DNA of 64,000 nucleotides from Escherichia coli (GTDB lineage Bacteria; Pseudomonadota; Gammaproteobacteria; Enterobacterales; Enterobacteriaceae): NCBI RefSeq assembly GCF_046105845.1, contig NZ_CP151004.1; one strand, 5' to 3'. Shown piece by piece: positions 1 to 10,379 of this stretch (position 1 is its first letter; each line of letters starts with the position of its first letter). The notes under the pieces were generated by a model. It saw only the letters and a program-made list of their open reading frames with translations, ran no database searches and was not told where the DNA came from. The position numbers and the translations under genes were made by a program.

Positions 1-690
1 TGATGCTCGCTCAAAAACAGTTACGCTAAATACCTTAAAAAGGTAATCACAAGTCAAACTCAGGAGATAATCACGCAAGAATGCAATATTAAAATTCAGA
101 TACTCATTTTTGGTAATAAAGAAGTAGTTGGACTATTTCAATATTTATAATTTCCCACTACGTATTGACGCCCATTCATGAGTAAAGGCGCATTATATGA
201 ATTTAACAATCCAGATCAACTGAAAATACCTCAACCTCATAAACACATAGCGTCAACATTCAATGACATAATGAGTAAAGATGTTGGTTATGCATACACG
301 TCATTACTCTATGCCTATCCCTTAACAACCTGCTTTTTAAGGCTGAATCCATTCAGCAATAGATGGCCAACATTATAACAATGACAATAAAAACAATATT
401 TAAAACAATCAATAAAATATCAGACACAGACAATTAAACCTTAAACAACAAACAGTTACATTGATTTTAGTTGATTTGCGCTACGCGTTTCCCATGAATA
501 AAGCGTCATTTCAAATTAGCACCAATATTTACATTAAATAAGACTAAGCTTATTGAACATTCACAACAGTCCAAGCGTAGGTTTTGGGCTTCAATAGTTC
601 TTTTCTTTTTTATTATCTGTTGCCTGGCAATCATCAATCGATACTAAGGGCTTAACTGTACACAGATATAACGTATCAAGAGGTAAGAGA

Positions 691-724
691 AACCGCGCCA
701 TATGCAGACATGGCGCGGTTTTAT
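691..724. terminator. GC-rich hairpin (aaccgcgccat...atggcgcggtt) followed by TTTT; probable bidirectional terminator downstream of betT
   Basis: Perfect inverted repeat read directly, T-run on the + side, located immediately 3' of the betT stop (735, minus strand). Confidence 0.5.
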
Positions 725-734
725 GCAATAACAA

Positions 735-2768
735 TCACGCGTCCGGGAACATCACGCTATGGCCCGGCGCTTCACGATGGAGATGGATAAAGTTAAGGTG
801 TCGCTCGTACTGGTCGAGAATATCGGTGATCACCTGCTCTTTGCTGTAGTCCATCAGGTCGTTGCCCTGGCTGCCTTCTAACAGGAAAGTTTCCAGCCGG
901 TAGTAAGTCGATTTACCGCTACGTGCGCGGTAGGTAAAGCCCGGCACCGAATATTGCTGCGGCCAAATCTGATAGACAAAGTTTTGCTCTTCGCCCATAT
1001 GCACCAACAAATCCAGATGCCCCAACTGTTGCCCCTCTTCCGGCGGCAGGCTTTTTAGCTCCACGTACGCGCCGCGCAACCGCAGCTCCTGCGCCACTTC
1101 TTCCATTGCCGGGTAACAGACCGTCTCCATCATCTGTTTAGTGTAACGCGTGCCCGGATAATTCATCAGGCGCGAGAGACGTTTTTTCCAGCTCAGGCGA
1201 TCCTGAAGCCCCAGCGGTCTCGGTGCGGTATCGCGGTTGGCACTTTCACGGCGGTAATCTTCTACCTTCAGAGATTTATACAACCCCGCCATCACGAAGA
1301 AAATCACAAAGCTGAACGGCAGCCCCATGATTACCGTGGTGTTTTGCAGCGCGGATATCCCGTTGGTCATCAGCATGCCGAGCGTCAGCAGGCCAATCGC
1401 CACCGACCAGAAAACGCGCAGCCAGCCGGGGGCGTCGCTGTTGATATCTTTAAGCTGCGAGGTGAAATTCCCCAGCACCAGCGCCCCGGAGTCCGCCGAG
1501 GTCACATAAAACAGCAGGCCAGTAATGGTGGCGACGGAGGCGCTAAAGGTAAACGCCGGATACTGCGCCAGCAGGCTGTAGAAGCCGCGCTCCGGATGGA
1601 CCATCGCTTCCTCGGCAAATGCCGCGCCGCCGTGGATGATTTCATACAGCGCGCTATTGCCGAATACCGAGAGCCATAACAGCGTGAAGGTAAACGGAAT
1701 AATCAACGTGCCCAGCACGAACTGGCGAATGGTACGCCCACGCGAGATACGCGCCAGGAACAGGCCGACAAACGGCGACCATGCCACCCACCATGCCCAG
1801 AAGAAGAGCGTCCAGTTATTCATCCACTCAACCGGACGGTCGAAGGCAAAACTGTTGAGCGTCATTCCCATAAAGCGATTCACATAGTCGCCAACGTTCA
1901 GCACCAGCGCATTAAGCAGGAACGAGGTGTCGCCCATAAACAGCACGAACAGGATCAGCCCCAGCGCCAGCGCAACGTTGAGTTCCGATAACACACGAAT
2001 GCCCTTATCGACACCGGAGGTGACAGAGATCGTTGCGATGATCACCGACAAGGCGATCAGTGCCGCTTTCGCCGCCATCGAATCGGGAATATCAAACAGT
2101 ACGCTCAAGCCATAGTTAAGCTGCACCACACCGATACCGAGCGTAGTGGCAATACCAAAGATGGTGCCGATCACCGCAGCAATATCCACTGAGTGACCTA
2201 TCGGCCCGTTAATCCGTTTACCGAAGATCGGGTACAGCGCCGAGCGGATAGTGAGCGGCAAATTATAACGATAGCTAAAGTATCCGAGCGCCATGCCCAT
2301 CAGCGCATACATCGACCAGCCGGTTAAGCCGTAGTGAAACAGCGTCCAGACCATCGCCTGACGCGCGGCCTCAATCGTCTGTCCCGCGCCTTCCGGCGGC
2401 TGCATATACTGCGTTACCGGTTCGGCTACGGAAAAGAACATCAGGTCGATACCGATCCCGGCAGCAAACAGCATCGCCGCCCAACTCAGCAGACTGAATT
2501 CCGGTTTGGATTGTTCTGGCCCGAGCTTCACCGAACCAAAACGCGAACAAGCGATACAGACCACAAAGACAATATAGAGCGTTGCCGCCAGCAGATAGTA
2601 CCAACCGAAGGTTTTAGAAACCCAGTCCAGCGTGCGGCCAATCCACAGGGCCGAGAAGTCGCGAAACAGGATCGTTGTCAGGGAAAACAACAAAATCAGT
2701 CCGGCGGAAGTGTAAAACACCACCGGATTGATTTTGTCCTTTTCCCTGCTGTGTGAAAGGTCTGTCAT
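735..2768 (-). CDS. betT: High-affinity choline transporter BetT (BCCT family)
   Basis: 677-aa ORF; multi-TM BCCT-like protein with C-terminal cytoplasmic tail; length and sequence match recalled E. coli BetT; divergent from betI. Confidence 0.93.
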   Translation of the reverse strand: MTDLSHSREKDKINPVVFYTSAGLILLFSLTTILFRDFSALWIGRTLDWVSKTFGWYYLLAATLYIVFVVCIACSRFGSVKLGPEQSKPEFSLLSWAAMLFAAGIGIDLMFFSVAEPVTQYMQPPEGAGQTIEAARQAMVWTLFHYGLTGWSMYALMGMALGYFSYRYNLPLTIRSALYPIFGKRINGPIGHSVDIAAVIGTIFGIATTLGIGVVQLNYGLSVLFDIPDSMAAKAALIALSVIIATISVTSGVDKGIRVLSELNVALALGLILFVLFMGDTSFLLNALVLNVGDYVNRFMGMTLNSFAFDRPVEWMNNWTLFFWAWWVAWSPFVGLFLARISRGRTIRQFVLGTLIIPFTFTLLWLSVFGNSALYEIIHGGAAFAEEAMVHPERGFYSLLAQYPAFTFSASVATITGLLFYVTSADSGALVLGNFTSQLKDINSDAPGWLRVFWSVAIGLLTLGMLMTNGISALQNTTVIMGLPFSFVIFFVMAGLYKSLKVEDYRRESANRDTAPRPLGLQDRLSWKKRLSRLMNYPGTRYTKQMMETVCYPAMEEVAQELRLRGAYVELKSLPPEEGQQLGHLDLLVHMGEEQNFVYQIWPQQYSVPGFTYRARSGKSTYYRLETFLLEGSQGNDLMDYSKEQVITDILDQYERHLNFIHLHREAPGHSVMFPDA

Positions 2769-2833
2769 CCAGTATCCCCACTGTTATTGTTACCATTTAA
2801 AATCAAATTCGTAACAATTAAGACACATTTTAT

Positions 2834-2851
2834 ATTGAACGTCCAATCAAT
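2834..2851. promoter_or_regulatory. Imperfect inverted repeat ATTGA-N8-TCAAT in the betT-betI divergent promoter region; candidate BetI (TetR-family) operator
   Basis: Seen in the 128-bp AT-rich intergenic region between divergent betT and betI; operator identity inferred from position. Confidence 0.35.
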
Positions 2852-2896
2852 AACCGCTTTAATAGATAAACAACGCTGATGAATGGAGTGGCGAAA

Positions 2897-3484
2897 ATGC
2901 CCAAATTGGGGATGCAGTCGATCCGGCGCAGACAACTGATCGACGCCACGCTGGAAGCAATCAATGAGGTGGGCATGCACGATGCAACGATCGCGCAGAT
3001 CGCCCGCCGTGCAGGCGTTTCTACGGGGATCATCAGCCACTATTTCAGGGACAAAAATGGTCTGCTGGAAGCAACCATGCGCGATATCACCAGTCAGCTG
3101 CGTGACGCGGTTTTGAATCGATTACATGCACTTCCGCAGGGCAGTGCAGAGCAGCGATTACAGGCGATTGTTGACGGGAATTTCGATGAAACGCAGGTCA
3201 GTAATGCTGCGATGAAAGCCTGGCTGGCGTTCTGGGCCAGCAGTATGCATCAGCCGATGCTTTACCGTTTGCAGCAGGTGAGCAGCCGCCGCTTATTGTC
3301 GAATCTGGTGAGCGAATTTCGCCGCGAGTTACCGCGCCAACAGGCACAGGAAGCGGGCTACGGCCTTGCCGCGCTGATTGACGGATTATGGCTGCGCGCG
3401 GCACTGAGCGGCAAACCGCTGGATAAACCTCTCGCACACTCGCTGACCCGTCACTTTATTACTCAGCATTTACCCACCGATTAA
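2897..3484 (+). CDS. betI: TetR-family repressor BetI
   Basis: ORF in track starts 6 codons upstream; [25 protein letters not shown]-terminus with TetR HTH matches recalled 195-aa BetI. Confidence 0.9.
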   Translation: MPKLGMQSIRRRQLIDATLEAINEVGMHDATIAQIARRAGVSTGIISHYFRDKNGLLEATMRDITSQLRDAVLNRLHALPQGSAEQRLQAIVDGNFDETQVSNAAMKAWLAFWASSMHQPMLYRLQQVSSRRLLSNLVSEFRRELPRQQAQEAGYGLAALIDGLWLRAALSGKPLDKPLAHSLTRHFITQHLPTD

Positions 3485-3497
3485 CCGAGGAGACGTG

Positions 3498-4970
3498 ATG
3501 TCCCGAATGGCAGAACAGCAGCTTTATATACATGGTGGTTATACCTCCGCCACCAGCGGTCGCACCTTCGAGACCATTAACCCGGCCAACGGTAACGTGC
3601 TGGCGACCGTGCAGGCCGCCGGACGTGAGGATGTCGATCGCGCCGTGAAGAGTGCCCAACAGGGGCAAAAAATCTGGGCAGCGATGACCGCTATGGAACG
3701 CTCGCGTATTCTGCGTCGGGCCGTTGATATTCTGCGTGAACGCAATGACGAACTCGCAAAACTGGAAACCCTCGACACCGGAAAAGCGTATTCGGAAACA
3801 TCAACCGTCGATATCGTTACCGGCGCGGACGTGCTGGAGTACTACGCCGGGCTGATCCCGTCGCTGGAAGGCAGCCAGATCCCATTGCGTGAGACGTCAT
3901 TTGTTTATACCCGCCGCGAACCGCTGGGCGTAGTGGCAGGGATTGGCGCATGGAACTACCCGATCCAGATTGCCTTGTGGAAATCCGCACCGGCGCTGGC
4001 GGCAGGCAACGCGATGATTTTCAAACCGAGCGAAGTCACCCCGCTTACCGCGTTAAAGCTGGCCGAAATTTACAGCGAAGCGGGCCTGCCGGACGGCGTA
4101 TTTAACGTGCTGCCGGGCGTGGGCGCGGAGACCGGGCAGTATCTGACCGAGCATCCGGGCATTGCCAAAGTGTCATTTACCGGCGGTGTCGCCAGCGGCA
4201 AAAAAGTGATGGCTAACTCGGCGGCCTCTTCCCTGAAAGAAGTGACCATGGAGCTGGGCGGTAAATCACCGCTGATCGTTTTCGACGATGCAGACCTCGA
4301 TCTCGCCGCTGATATCGCCATGATGGCGAACTTCTTCAGCTCCGGTCAGGTGTGTACCAATGGCACCCGCGTGTTTATTCCGGCGAAATGCAAAGCCGCA
4401 TTTGAACAAAAGATTCTGGCGCGCGTTGAGCGCATTCGCGCGGGCGACGTTTTCGATCCGCAAACTAACTTCGGCCCGCTGGTCAGCTTCCCGCATCGCG
4501 ATAACGTGCTGCGCTATATCGCCAAAGGCAAAGAGGAAGGCGCGCGCGTACTGTGCGGCGGCGATGTACTGAAAGGCGATGGCTTCGATAACGGCGCATG
4601 GGTTGCACCGACCGTGTTCACCGATTGCCGCGACGAAATGACCATCGTGCGTGAAGAGATCTTCGGTCCGGTGATGTCGCTTCTCACTTATGAATCTGAG
4701 GACGAAGTGATTCGCCGCGCCAATGATACCGACTACGGCCTGGCGGCGGGCATCGTGACGGCGGACCTGAACCGCGCGCATCGCGTCATTCATCAGCTGG
4801 AAGCGGGTATTTGCTGGATCAACACCTGGGGCGAATCCCCTGCAGAGATGCCCGTTGGCGGCTACAAACACTCCGGTATTGGTCGCGAGAACGGCGTGAT
4901 GACGCTCCAGAGTTACACCCAGGTGAAGTCCATCCAGGTTGAGATGGCTAAATTCCAGTCCATATTCTGA
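3498..4970 (+). CDS. betB: Betaine aldehyde dehydrogenase BetB
   Basis: 490-aa aldehyde dehydrogenase family protein (catalytic Cys/Glu region present), directly downstream of betI. Confidence 0.93.
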   Translation: MSRMAEQQLYIHGGYTSATSGRTFETINPANGNVLATVQAAGREDVDRAVKSAQQGQKIWAAMTAMERSRILRRAVDILRERNDELAKLETLDTGKAYSETSTVDIVTGADVLEYYAGLIPSLEGSQIPLRETSFVYTRREPLGVVAGIGAWNYPIQIALWKSAPALAAGNAMIFKPSEVTPLTALKLAEIYSEAGLPDGVFNVLPGVGAETGQYLTEHPGIAKVSFTGGVASGKKVMANSAASSLKEVTMELGGKSPLIVFDDADLDLAADIAMMANFFSSGQVCTNGTRVFIPAKCKAAFEQKILARVERIRAGDVFDPQTNFGPLVSFPHRDNVLRYIAKGKEEGARVLCGGDVLKGDGFDNGAWVAPTVFTDCRDEMTIVREEIFGPVMSLLTYESEDEVIRRANDTDYGLAAGIVTADLNRAHRVIHQLEAGICWINTWGESPAEMPVGGYKHSGIGRENGVMTLQSYTQVKSIQVEMAKFQSIF

Positions 4971-4983
4971 CCAGGAGGTTTAT

Positions 4984-6654
4984 TTGCAATTTGACTACAT
5001 CATTATTGGTGCCGGCTCAGCCGGCAACGTTCTCGCTACCCGTCTGACTGAAGATCCGAACACAACCGTGCTGCTGCTTGAAGCAGGCGGCCCGGACTAT
5101 CGCTTTGACTTTCGCACCCAGATGCCCGCCGCGCTGGCGTTCCCGTTACAGGGTAAACGCTATAACTGGGCCTATGAGACGGAACCGGAACCGTTTATGA
5201 ACAACCGTCGCATGGAGTGCGGACGCGGTAAAGGTCTGGGCGGATCGTCACTGATCAACGGCATGTGCTACATCCGTGGCAATGCGCTGGATCTCGATAA
5301 CTGGGCGCAAGAACCCGGTCTGGAGAACTGGAGCTACCTCGACTGCCTGCCCTACTACCGCAAGGCCGAGACGCGCGATGTGGGCGAGAACGACTACCAC
5401 GGCGGCGACGGCCCGGTGAGCGTCACCACCTCCAAACCCGGCGTCAATCCGCTGTTTGAAGCGATGATTGAAGCGGGCGTGCAGGCGGGCTACCCGCGCA
5501 CGGACGATCTCAACGGTTATCAGCAGGAAGGTTTTGGCCCGATGGATCGCACCGTCACGCCGCAGGGCCGTCGCGCCAGCACCGCGCGTGGCTATCTCGA
5601 TCAGGCCAAATCGCGCCCTAACCTGACCATTCGTACTCACGCCATGACCGATCACATCATTTTTGACGGCAAACGCGCGGTGGGCGTCGAGTGGCTGGAA
5701 GGCGACAGCACCATTCCGACCCGCGCGGCGGCGAATAAAGAAGTGCTGTTATGTGCAGGCGCGATTGCTTCACCGCAGATCCTGCAACGCTCCGGCGTCG
5801 GCAACGCTGGACTGCTGGCGGAGTTTGATATTCCGCTGGTGCATGAATTACCTGGCGTCGGCGAAAATCTTCAGGATCACCTGGAGATGTATCTGCAATA
5901 TGAGTGCAAAGAACCGGTTTCCCTCTACCCTGCCCTGCAGTGGTGGAATCAGCCGAAAATCGGTGCGGAGTGGCTGTTTGGCGGCACCGGCGTTGGTGCC
6001 AGCAACCACTTTGAAGCTGGCGGATTTATTCGCAGCCGTGAGGAATTTACGTGGCCGAATATTCAGTACCATTTCCTGCCAGTGGCGATTAACTATAACG
6101 GCTCGAACGCAGTGAAAGAGCACGGCTTCCAGTGCCACGTCGGATCGATGCGCTCGCCAAGCCGTGGGCATGTGCGGATTAAATCCCGCGACCCGCACCA
6201 GCATCCGGGAATTCTGTTTAACTACATGTCGCACGAGCAGGACTGGCAGGAGTTCCGCGACGCAATTCGCATCACCCGCGAGATCATGCATCAACCCGCG
6301 CTGGATCAATACCGTGGCCGCGAAATCAGCCCCGGCGCGGAATGTCAGACGGATGAGCAGCTCGATGAGTTCGTGCGTAACCACGCCGAAACCGCGTTTC
6401 ATCCGTGCGGTACCTGCAAAATGGGTTATGACGAGATGGCAGTGGTTGACGCCGAAGGCCGCGTACACGGGCTGGAAGGCCTGCGCGTGGTGGATGCGTC
6501 AATTATGCCGCAAATTATCACCGGCAATTTGAACGCTACGACTATTATGATTGGCGAGAAAATGGCGGATATGATTCGCGGGAAGGATGCGTTGCCGAGG
6601 AGCACGGCGGGATATTATGTGGCAAATGGGATGCCGGTGAGAGCGAAAAAATGA
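4984..6654 (+). CDS. betA: Choline dehydrogenase BetA (GMC oxidoreductase), TTG start
   Basis: GMC family FAD-binding motif [15 protein letters not shown] at N-terminus; AGGAGG 5 nt upstream of TTG at 4984; 556 aa matches recalled BetA. Confidence 0.9.
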   Translation: MQFDYIIIGAGSAGNVLATRLTEDPNTTVLLLEAGGPDYRFDFRTQMPAALAFPLQGKRYNWAYETEPEPFMNNRRMECGRGKGLGGSSLINGMCYIRGNALDLDNWAQEPGLENWSYLDCLPYYRKAETRDVGENDYHGGDGPVSVTTSKPGVNPLFEAMIEAGVQAGYPRTDDLNGYQQEGFGPMDRTVTPQGRRASTARGYLDQAKSRPNLTIRTHAMTDHIIFDGKRAVGVEWLEGDSTIPTRAAANKEVLLCAGAIASPQILQRSGVGNAGLLAEFDIPLVHELPGVGENLQDHLEMYLQYECKEPVSLYPALQWWNQPKIGAEWLFGGTGVGASNHFEAGGFIRSREEFTWPNIQYHFLPVAINYNGSNAVKEHGFQCHVGSMRSPSRGHVRIKSRDPHQHPGILFNYMSHEQDWQEFRDAIRITREIMHQPALDQYRGREISPGAECQTDEQLDEFVRNHAETAFHPCGTCKMGYDEMAVVDAEGRVHGLEGLRVVDASIMPQIITGNLNATTIMIGEKMADMIRGKDALPRSTAGYYVANGMPVRAKK

Positions 6655-7735
6655 GTCGTGATGTGAACTGACTCAGGAACCTATCAGATTGAGAGTTACC
6701 GTTCTACTATGAGGACCGAATCCTTATATAAAACACTGAGGTAACTCTCATGCTTCATCGTGACAATCTCGCCAGCAAATTCTAAGCTGACTTGCTCAAT
6801 CTGGCTAATGAAGGTGCTATGGATACACAGATAAACCACAGGTGAAATGCCACTCAGCTTAAGAATCACGCAGCTAGTGTTCCTGGCTATGGTTACTTGT
6901 TCACTCTCGCTCACGGTTAGCATATACGAAAACGGTTCTTGTAACGAGGACAAAAATAAGTCAGACCAAAACCACATGGAGCTTTAAACACGGCTCGTAT
7001 AATTTATTAGCAGCGATTTATTTTTACTCTTCTTTAATTAATCATCATGCTTAAATATTTTTTAGCACACGATTATCGCTTCACTAACATTTTAGTTTAC
7101 ATTGATTCCCAATTGACAATAAAAAATTGTTAATAAGTTTTTGCGAAAAATAAAAAGTGTTGAAATACTCTCCAGTAAACGAATGCAAAATAAACAAACT
7201 AAGGTTTACAAAAAACAAAAACTATTCAAAAGAATATTTTTAATTTATTAGCAGAGTCCATTAACAATGGTTTACTCACGAACAGAAAAGTAAAGAACAC
7301 CTTGCAATAATATGTATTTATAAATTCATATCATTGATATTAAACTAATCTTACTTTCTACCCTCCCAACTTCATACACCAAAAAAACAAAGTAAAATCA
7401 ATTATATACACAACAAGGCAATCTCAAAGGAAATAATATTAAATATCTCAAAACTAATAAAAATTACTAAGACATTAGACGTAACACACATCCCACACGC
7501 CCTGTAGCTCATAGCTTTTATATTTATTTTCTCACATCACTGTAGATAAAAACACGCATTAAAAATGACTTGTAGAAAAGCTGCACAATAAATAGTTCAT
7601 ATTTAGTCTGTTGCGTAGAACTACTATTCAAAAAATCTTATTAATGAGATAATGAGATTACATCGATAACGTTCTGATTGCAGGCATACTTATCTGGGTG
7701 TGCCTCTCTTTTTTTACAACTGTACACGGTGGCGT

Positions 7736-8299
7736 ATGACGAGAAAATATCTCACACAGGATGAAGTCTACAGGCTGATGGATGCAGCCCAGAGCATGTC
7801 CTTTCCTGAAAGAAATCGCTGTCTGATTATGATGGCTTTCATTCACGGTTTTAGGGCCAGTGAACTTCTTGATTTACGTTTATCCGATATTGATGCATCT
7901 GGAAAACAACTTAATATTCGGCGTATTAAAAATGGTTTCTCGACAACACATCCTCTTCTTCCTGATGAATATAATTTGATCAAGTTGTGGCTTAAGCAGA
8001 GGAAGTTAATTGAAAACGGAGTTGAAGGAGACTGGCTTTTTCTCTCCCGGAAACGCCGCCCTATCAGCAGACAACATTTTTTTTCTATCATTCGTGAGGC
8101 TGGAAAACGTGCAGGATTAGCTGTAAAAGCACATCCTCATATGTTACGTCATGCCTGTGGTTTTGCTCTGGCTGACAATGGTGTCGATACCCGACTACTT
8201 CAGGATTATCTGGGTCATCGAAATATTCAGCATACTGTCAGATACACAGCCAGTAATGCTGCTCGTTTTAAAGGGGTGTGGAAAAAAAAGCCTCGTTAA
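7736..8299 (+). CDS. FimB/FimE-family tyrosine site-specific recombinase
   Basis: Motifs FIHGFRASEL, GFSTTHPLL, WLFLSRK, HPHMLRHACGFALA, DTRLLQDYLGHRNIQHTVRYT align closely with recalled FimB/FimE; about 187 aa from M13 of the tracked ORF. Confidence 0.85.
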   Translation: MTRKYLTQDEVYRLMDAAQSMSFPERNRCLIMMAFIHGFRASELLDLRLSDIDASGKQLNIRRIKNGFSTTHPLLPDEYNLIKLWLKQRKLIENGVEGDWLFLSRKRRPISRQHFFSIIREAGKRAGLAVKAHPHMLRHACGFALADNGVDTRLLQDYLGHRNIQHTVRYTASNAARFKGVWKKKPR

Positions 8300-8311
8300 A
8301 ACAGTACCTTC

Positions 8312-8589
8312 TGATTCAAAATGTCAGATTCCTACGTTTTCCTCAATTCTTCCATAAAAAAACAGCCCATTCAATTAAATAAAACACATAACATGTTGAT
8401 ATTTCTAGCTAAAGTAAAATAACCCCATGATTTGAAATGATTAATCACAAAGGTCATACCAGTGATTAACTTTTGCTCATATTGTTAAATAGCACAAAAT
8501 TAAAAACAATAAAAATCAAACAAATTAGATTTATATTCCAAGAAAATTAAATATTCAGGCTATTAAACAAAACCTGACATTTTGAATCA
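8312..8589. promoter_or_regulatory. Putative invertible DNA switch bounded by perfect 16-bp inverted repeats (tgattcaaaatgtcag at 8312-8327; reverse complement at 8574-8589)
   Basis: Inverted repeats read directly; AT-rich about 246-bp core; lies between a fim-type recombinase gene and a LuxR regulator/autotransporter operon, the same layout as fimS. Confidence 0.6.
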
Positions 8590-8628
8590 AAATGTCAGGT
8601 TTTGTAGCAATGGCGTGGACGAGTCTGA

Positions 8629-9423
8629 ATGAAGAAGCCTCTGGTTATTATCAGTGCCTGTCAGTTCACCAGGCTGGCACTGGAGTCTCTCATCCCAACG
8701 GACAGGTATCTCGTGCGGGTGTACAGCAACGTCACTACAGAGGTTGAATTCATTTTAAAGACCTCCTGTGGCTACCTGTTAGCTGATATCCCTTCGCTTC
8801 CTTCGGGGGAGTTGGTTCTTCTGGCTTGTCTTGTCCGCTTGCGGAGTGATGCCGGGCAATGGCAGGTCTGCCTGACCGGTGACTCCGACTGGTTCGATAA
8901 TGCTCCTGCTGCAAGTCTGTATAACGGCTTCCCACGCATCGGCACCATGCTGACAGCGAGTCGTTATCAGAATCAAATTATCCGCTGGTTACTACGTCCT
9001 TTGCCCGGCGATATGAGTGATTTCTGGCTCCTGACTGCACGGGAGTTGAGCGTGCTTAAGATTCTGATGCAGGGCATGAGTTTCAGTGAGATTGCCCGTT
9101 ATGAACAACGCAGTTCAAAGACCCTGCATGCGATTGCCACACGGGCATTAATGAAACTTGGACTGGGAACTCTGAGCGATTTCAGGCTGCTCTATACGGG
9201 ATGCGGTGACAGCAGAGTGAAACGGAATATACGGCTACATGCAAGATATGTCGGACAACATTCCGCTCATCGACTCACTCAGTATATGCAGAACATGGTA
9301 TCCGGAATTCTTTATCCAGAGAAAGTTGTCGTTGGTGAATCAATAAATTCTGACGCCATATCCGGAAAAGTACTTTCCGGACAAAGAAAAAATATGTCTA
9401 AAAAAAGACCAGGATTGTTATGA
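8629..9423 (+). CDS. LuxR/FixJ-type HTH transcriptional regulator
   Basis: C-terminal LuxR-type HTH (LTARELSVLKILMQGMSFSEIARYEQRSSKTLHAIATRALMKLG); 264-aa ORF immediately downstream of the putative switch. Confidence 0.75.
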   Translation: MKKPLVIISACQFTRLALESLIPTDRYLVRVYSNVTTEVEFILKTSCGYLLADIPSLPSGELVLLACLVRLRSDAGQWQVCLTGDSDWFDNAPAASLYNGFPRIGTMLTASRYQNQIIRWLLRPLPGDMSDFWLLTARELSVLKILMQGMSFSEIARYEQRSSKTLHAIATRALMKLGLGTLSDFRLLYTGCGDSRVKRNIRLHARYVGQHSAHRLTQYMQNMVSGILYPEKVVVGESINSDAISGKVLSGQRKNMSKKRPGLL

Positions 9424-9522
9424 CACAGCAGCGTTGTTACTACCCCCCACTGCGGCGCATACGGACTCGCTACAGTGTAGGAGCCAAAATATTTCTACTG
9501 CTCTGGGCTGCAGGATTGGGAG

Positions 9523-9549
9523 GCACGCTGTACAGCCTGTACAGCGTGC
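9523..9549. other. Perfect 12-bp stem / 3-nt loop palindrome (gcacgctgtaca-gcc-tgtacagcgtgc) between the two regulator genes
   Basis: Seen directly; intercistronic, 28 bp upstream of the next start codon. Confidence 0.5.
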
Positions 9550-9576
9550 TGGCGTACTGACATCAGTGAGGGAAGG

Positions 9577-10338
9577 ATGCGTTTCGTTCTTTTCTGTCCC
9601 TCAGGAATTGTACCAGCGCAGTTCGCAGCTCTATCAACCGGTTCTGTCGGCAATGTTACCTGCATCGGAACAGAAGAGGAGTTACGCAATAAATTGCGGC
9701 ACAGGCCACAGAGTGTCGTGATATCGGCAGGGCGACCTGCCGAATGCGCTGAAATGTGGTTCCGATTTTATCGGGATCACTCATTCGTGGTGGTGTTGTG
9801 CGTCGCGCCCTTTTTTCTGCCACCGGATGTGAGTATTTCTGGCGTTCTCAAAAACCTGAGGTTACTGAAACCAGGAATGTCAGTAGAGCGTGTCATCAGT
9901 ATTGCAAATGCCTCTGGTGGGTTTTCAGGACTGAAACATGCAGAAAGCTTGCCAGTTATGGACAGTTACTCTGTCTTTATGAAAGAGGTGAATAACCGCA
10001 CAAAGACAATCGTCATGTCAGAACGCTTCCCGGAAAAGCAAAAGAAGGTGTTGTCGTTACTTCTTGCCGGACACAGCTGGGAATACAGTGCGCAATTTCT
10101 CAAAACGGGGATAAGACAGATATGGCTTACCGAGCAGTCGCTAAAAAAGCGTTGGGGAATACCGGACAGCATGTCATTGCGGGAAGCCCTGCTGCTTGGC
10201 AGCAATAAATTTCACGGTGATGGAAACGCATTGGAAACAACGAATGCCATGACATTGCGTGAAAACGGAAATACCAACAGGTATTCCGTGGTGGTAAATG
10301 CAGGGACGCTGGCTTTATCTCTGCATAAATATAAATAA
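9577..10338 (+). CDS. Second regulator-like protein with C-terminal LuxR-like HTH
   Basis: 253-aa ORF; C-terminal segment KKVLSLLLAGHSWEYSAQFLKTGIRQIWLTEQSLKKRWG resembles a LuxR-type HTH; N-terminal domain unrecognised. Confidence 0.55.
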   Translation: MRFVLFCPSGIVPAQFAALSTGSVGNVTCIGTEEELRNKLRHRPQSVVISAGRPAECAEMWFRFYRDHSFVVVLCVAPFFLPPDVSISGVLKNLRLLKPGMSVERVISIANASGGFSGLKHAESLPVMDSYSVFMKEVNNRTKTIVMSERFPEKQKKVLSLLLAGHSWEYSAQFLKTGIRQIWLTEQSLKKRWGIPDSMSLREALLLGSNKFHGDGNALETTNAMTLRENGNTNRYSVVVNAGTLALSLHKYK

Positions 10339-10379
10339 GTGGGAAATTGAAATTAGTTACCAGAATGGAGAATTTCTTC

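Noticed and set aside
178-378. 66-aa plus-strand ORF in the AT-rich region beyond betT
   Set aside because: No RBS, no recognisable motif; region is AT-rich intergenic; insufficient support to call a gene.
5848-6468. 206-aa minus-strand ORF inside betA (and similar antisense ORFs in betB at 4266-4871 and betT at 2334-2756)
   Set aside because: Antisense to conserved bet genes; typical GC-rich shadow ORFs.
9434-9721. 95-aa plus-strand ORF spanning the gap between the two regulator genes
   Set aside because: Out of frame with and overlapping the 9577-10338 CDS; it contains the palindrome and is more likely non-coding.
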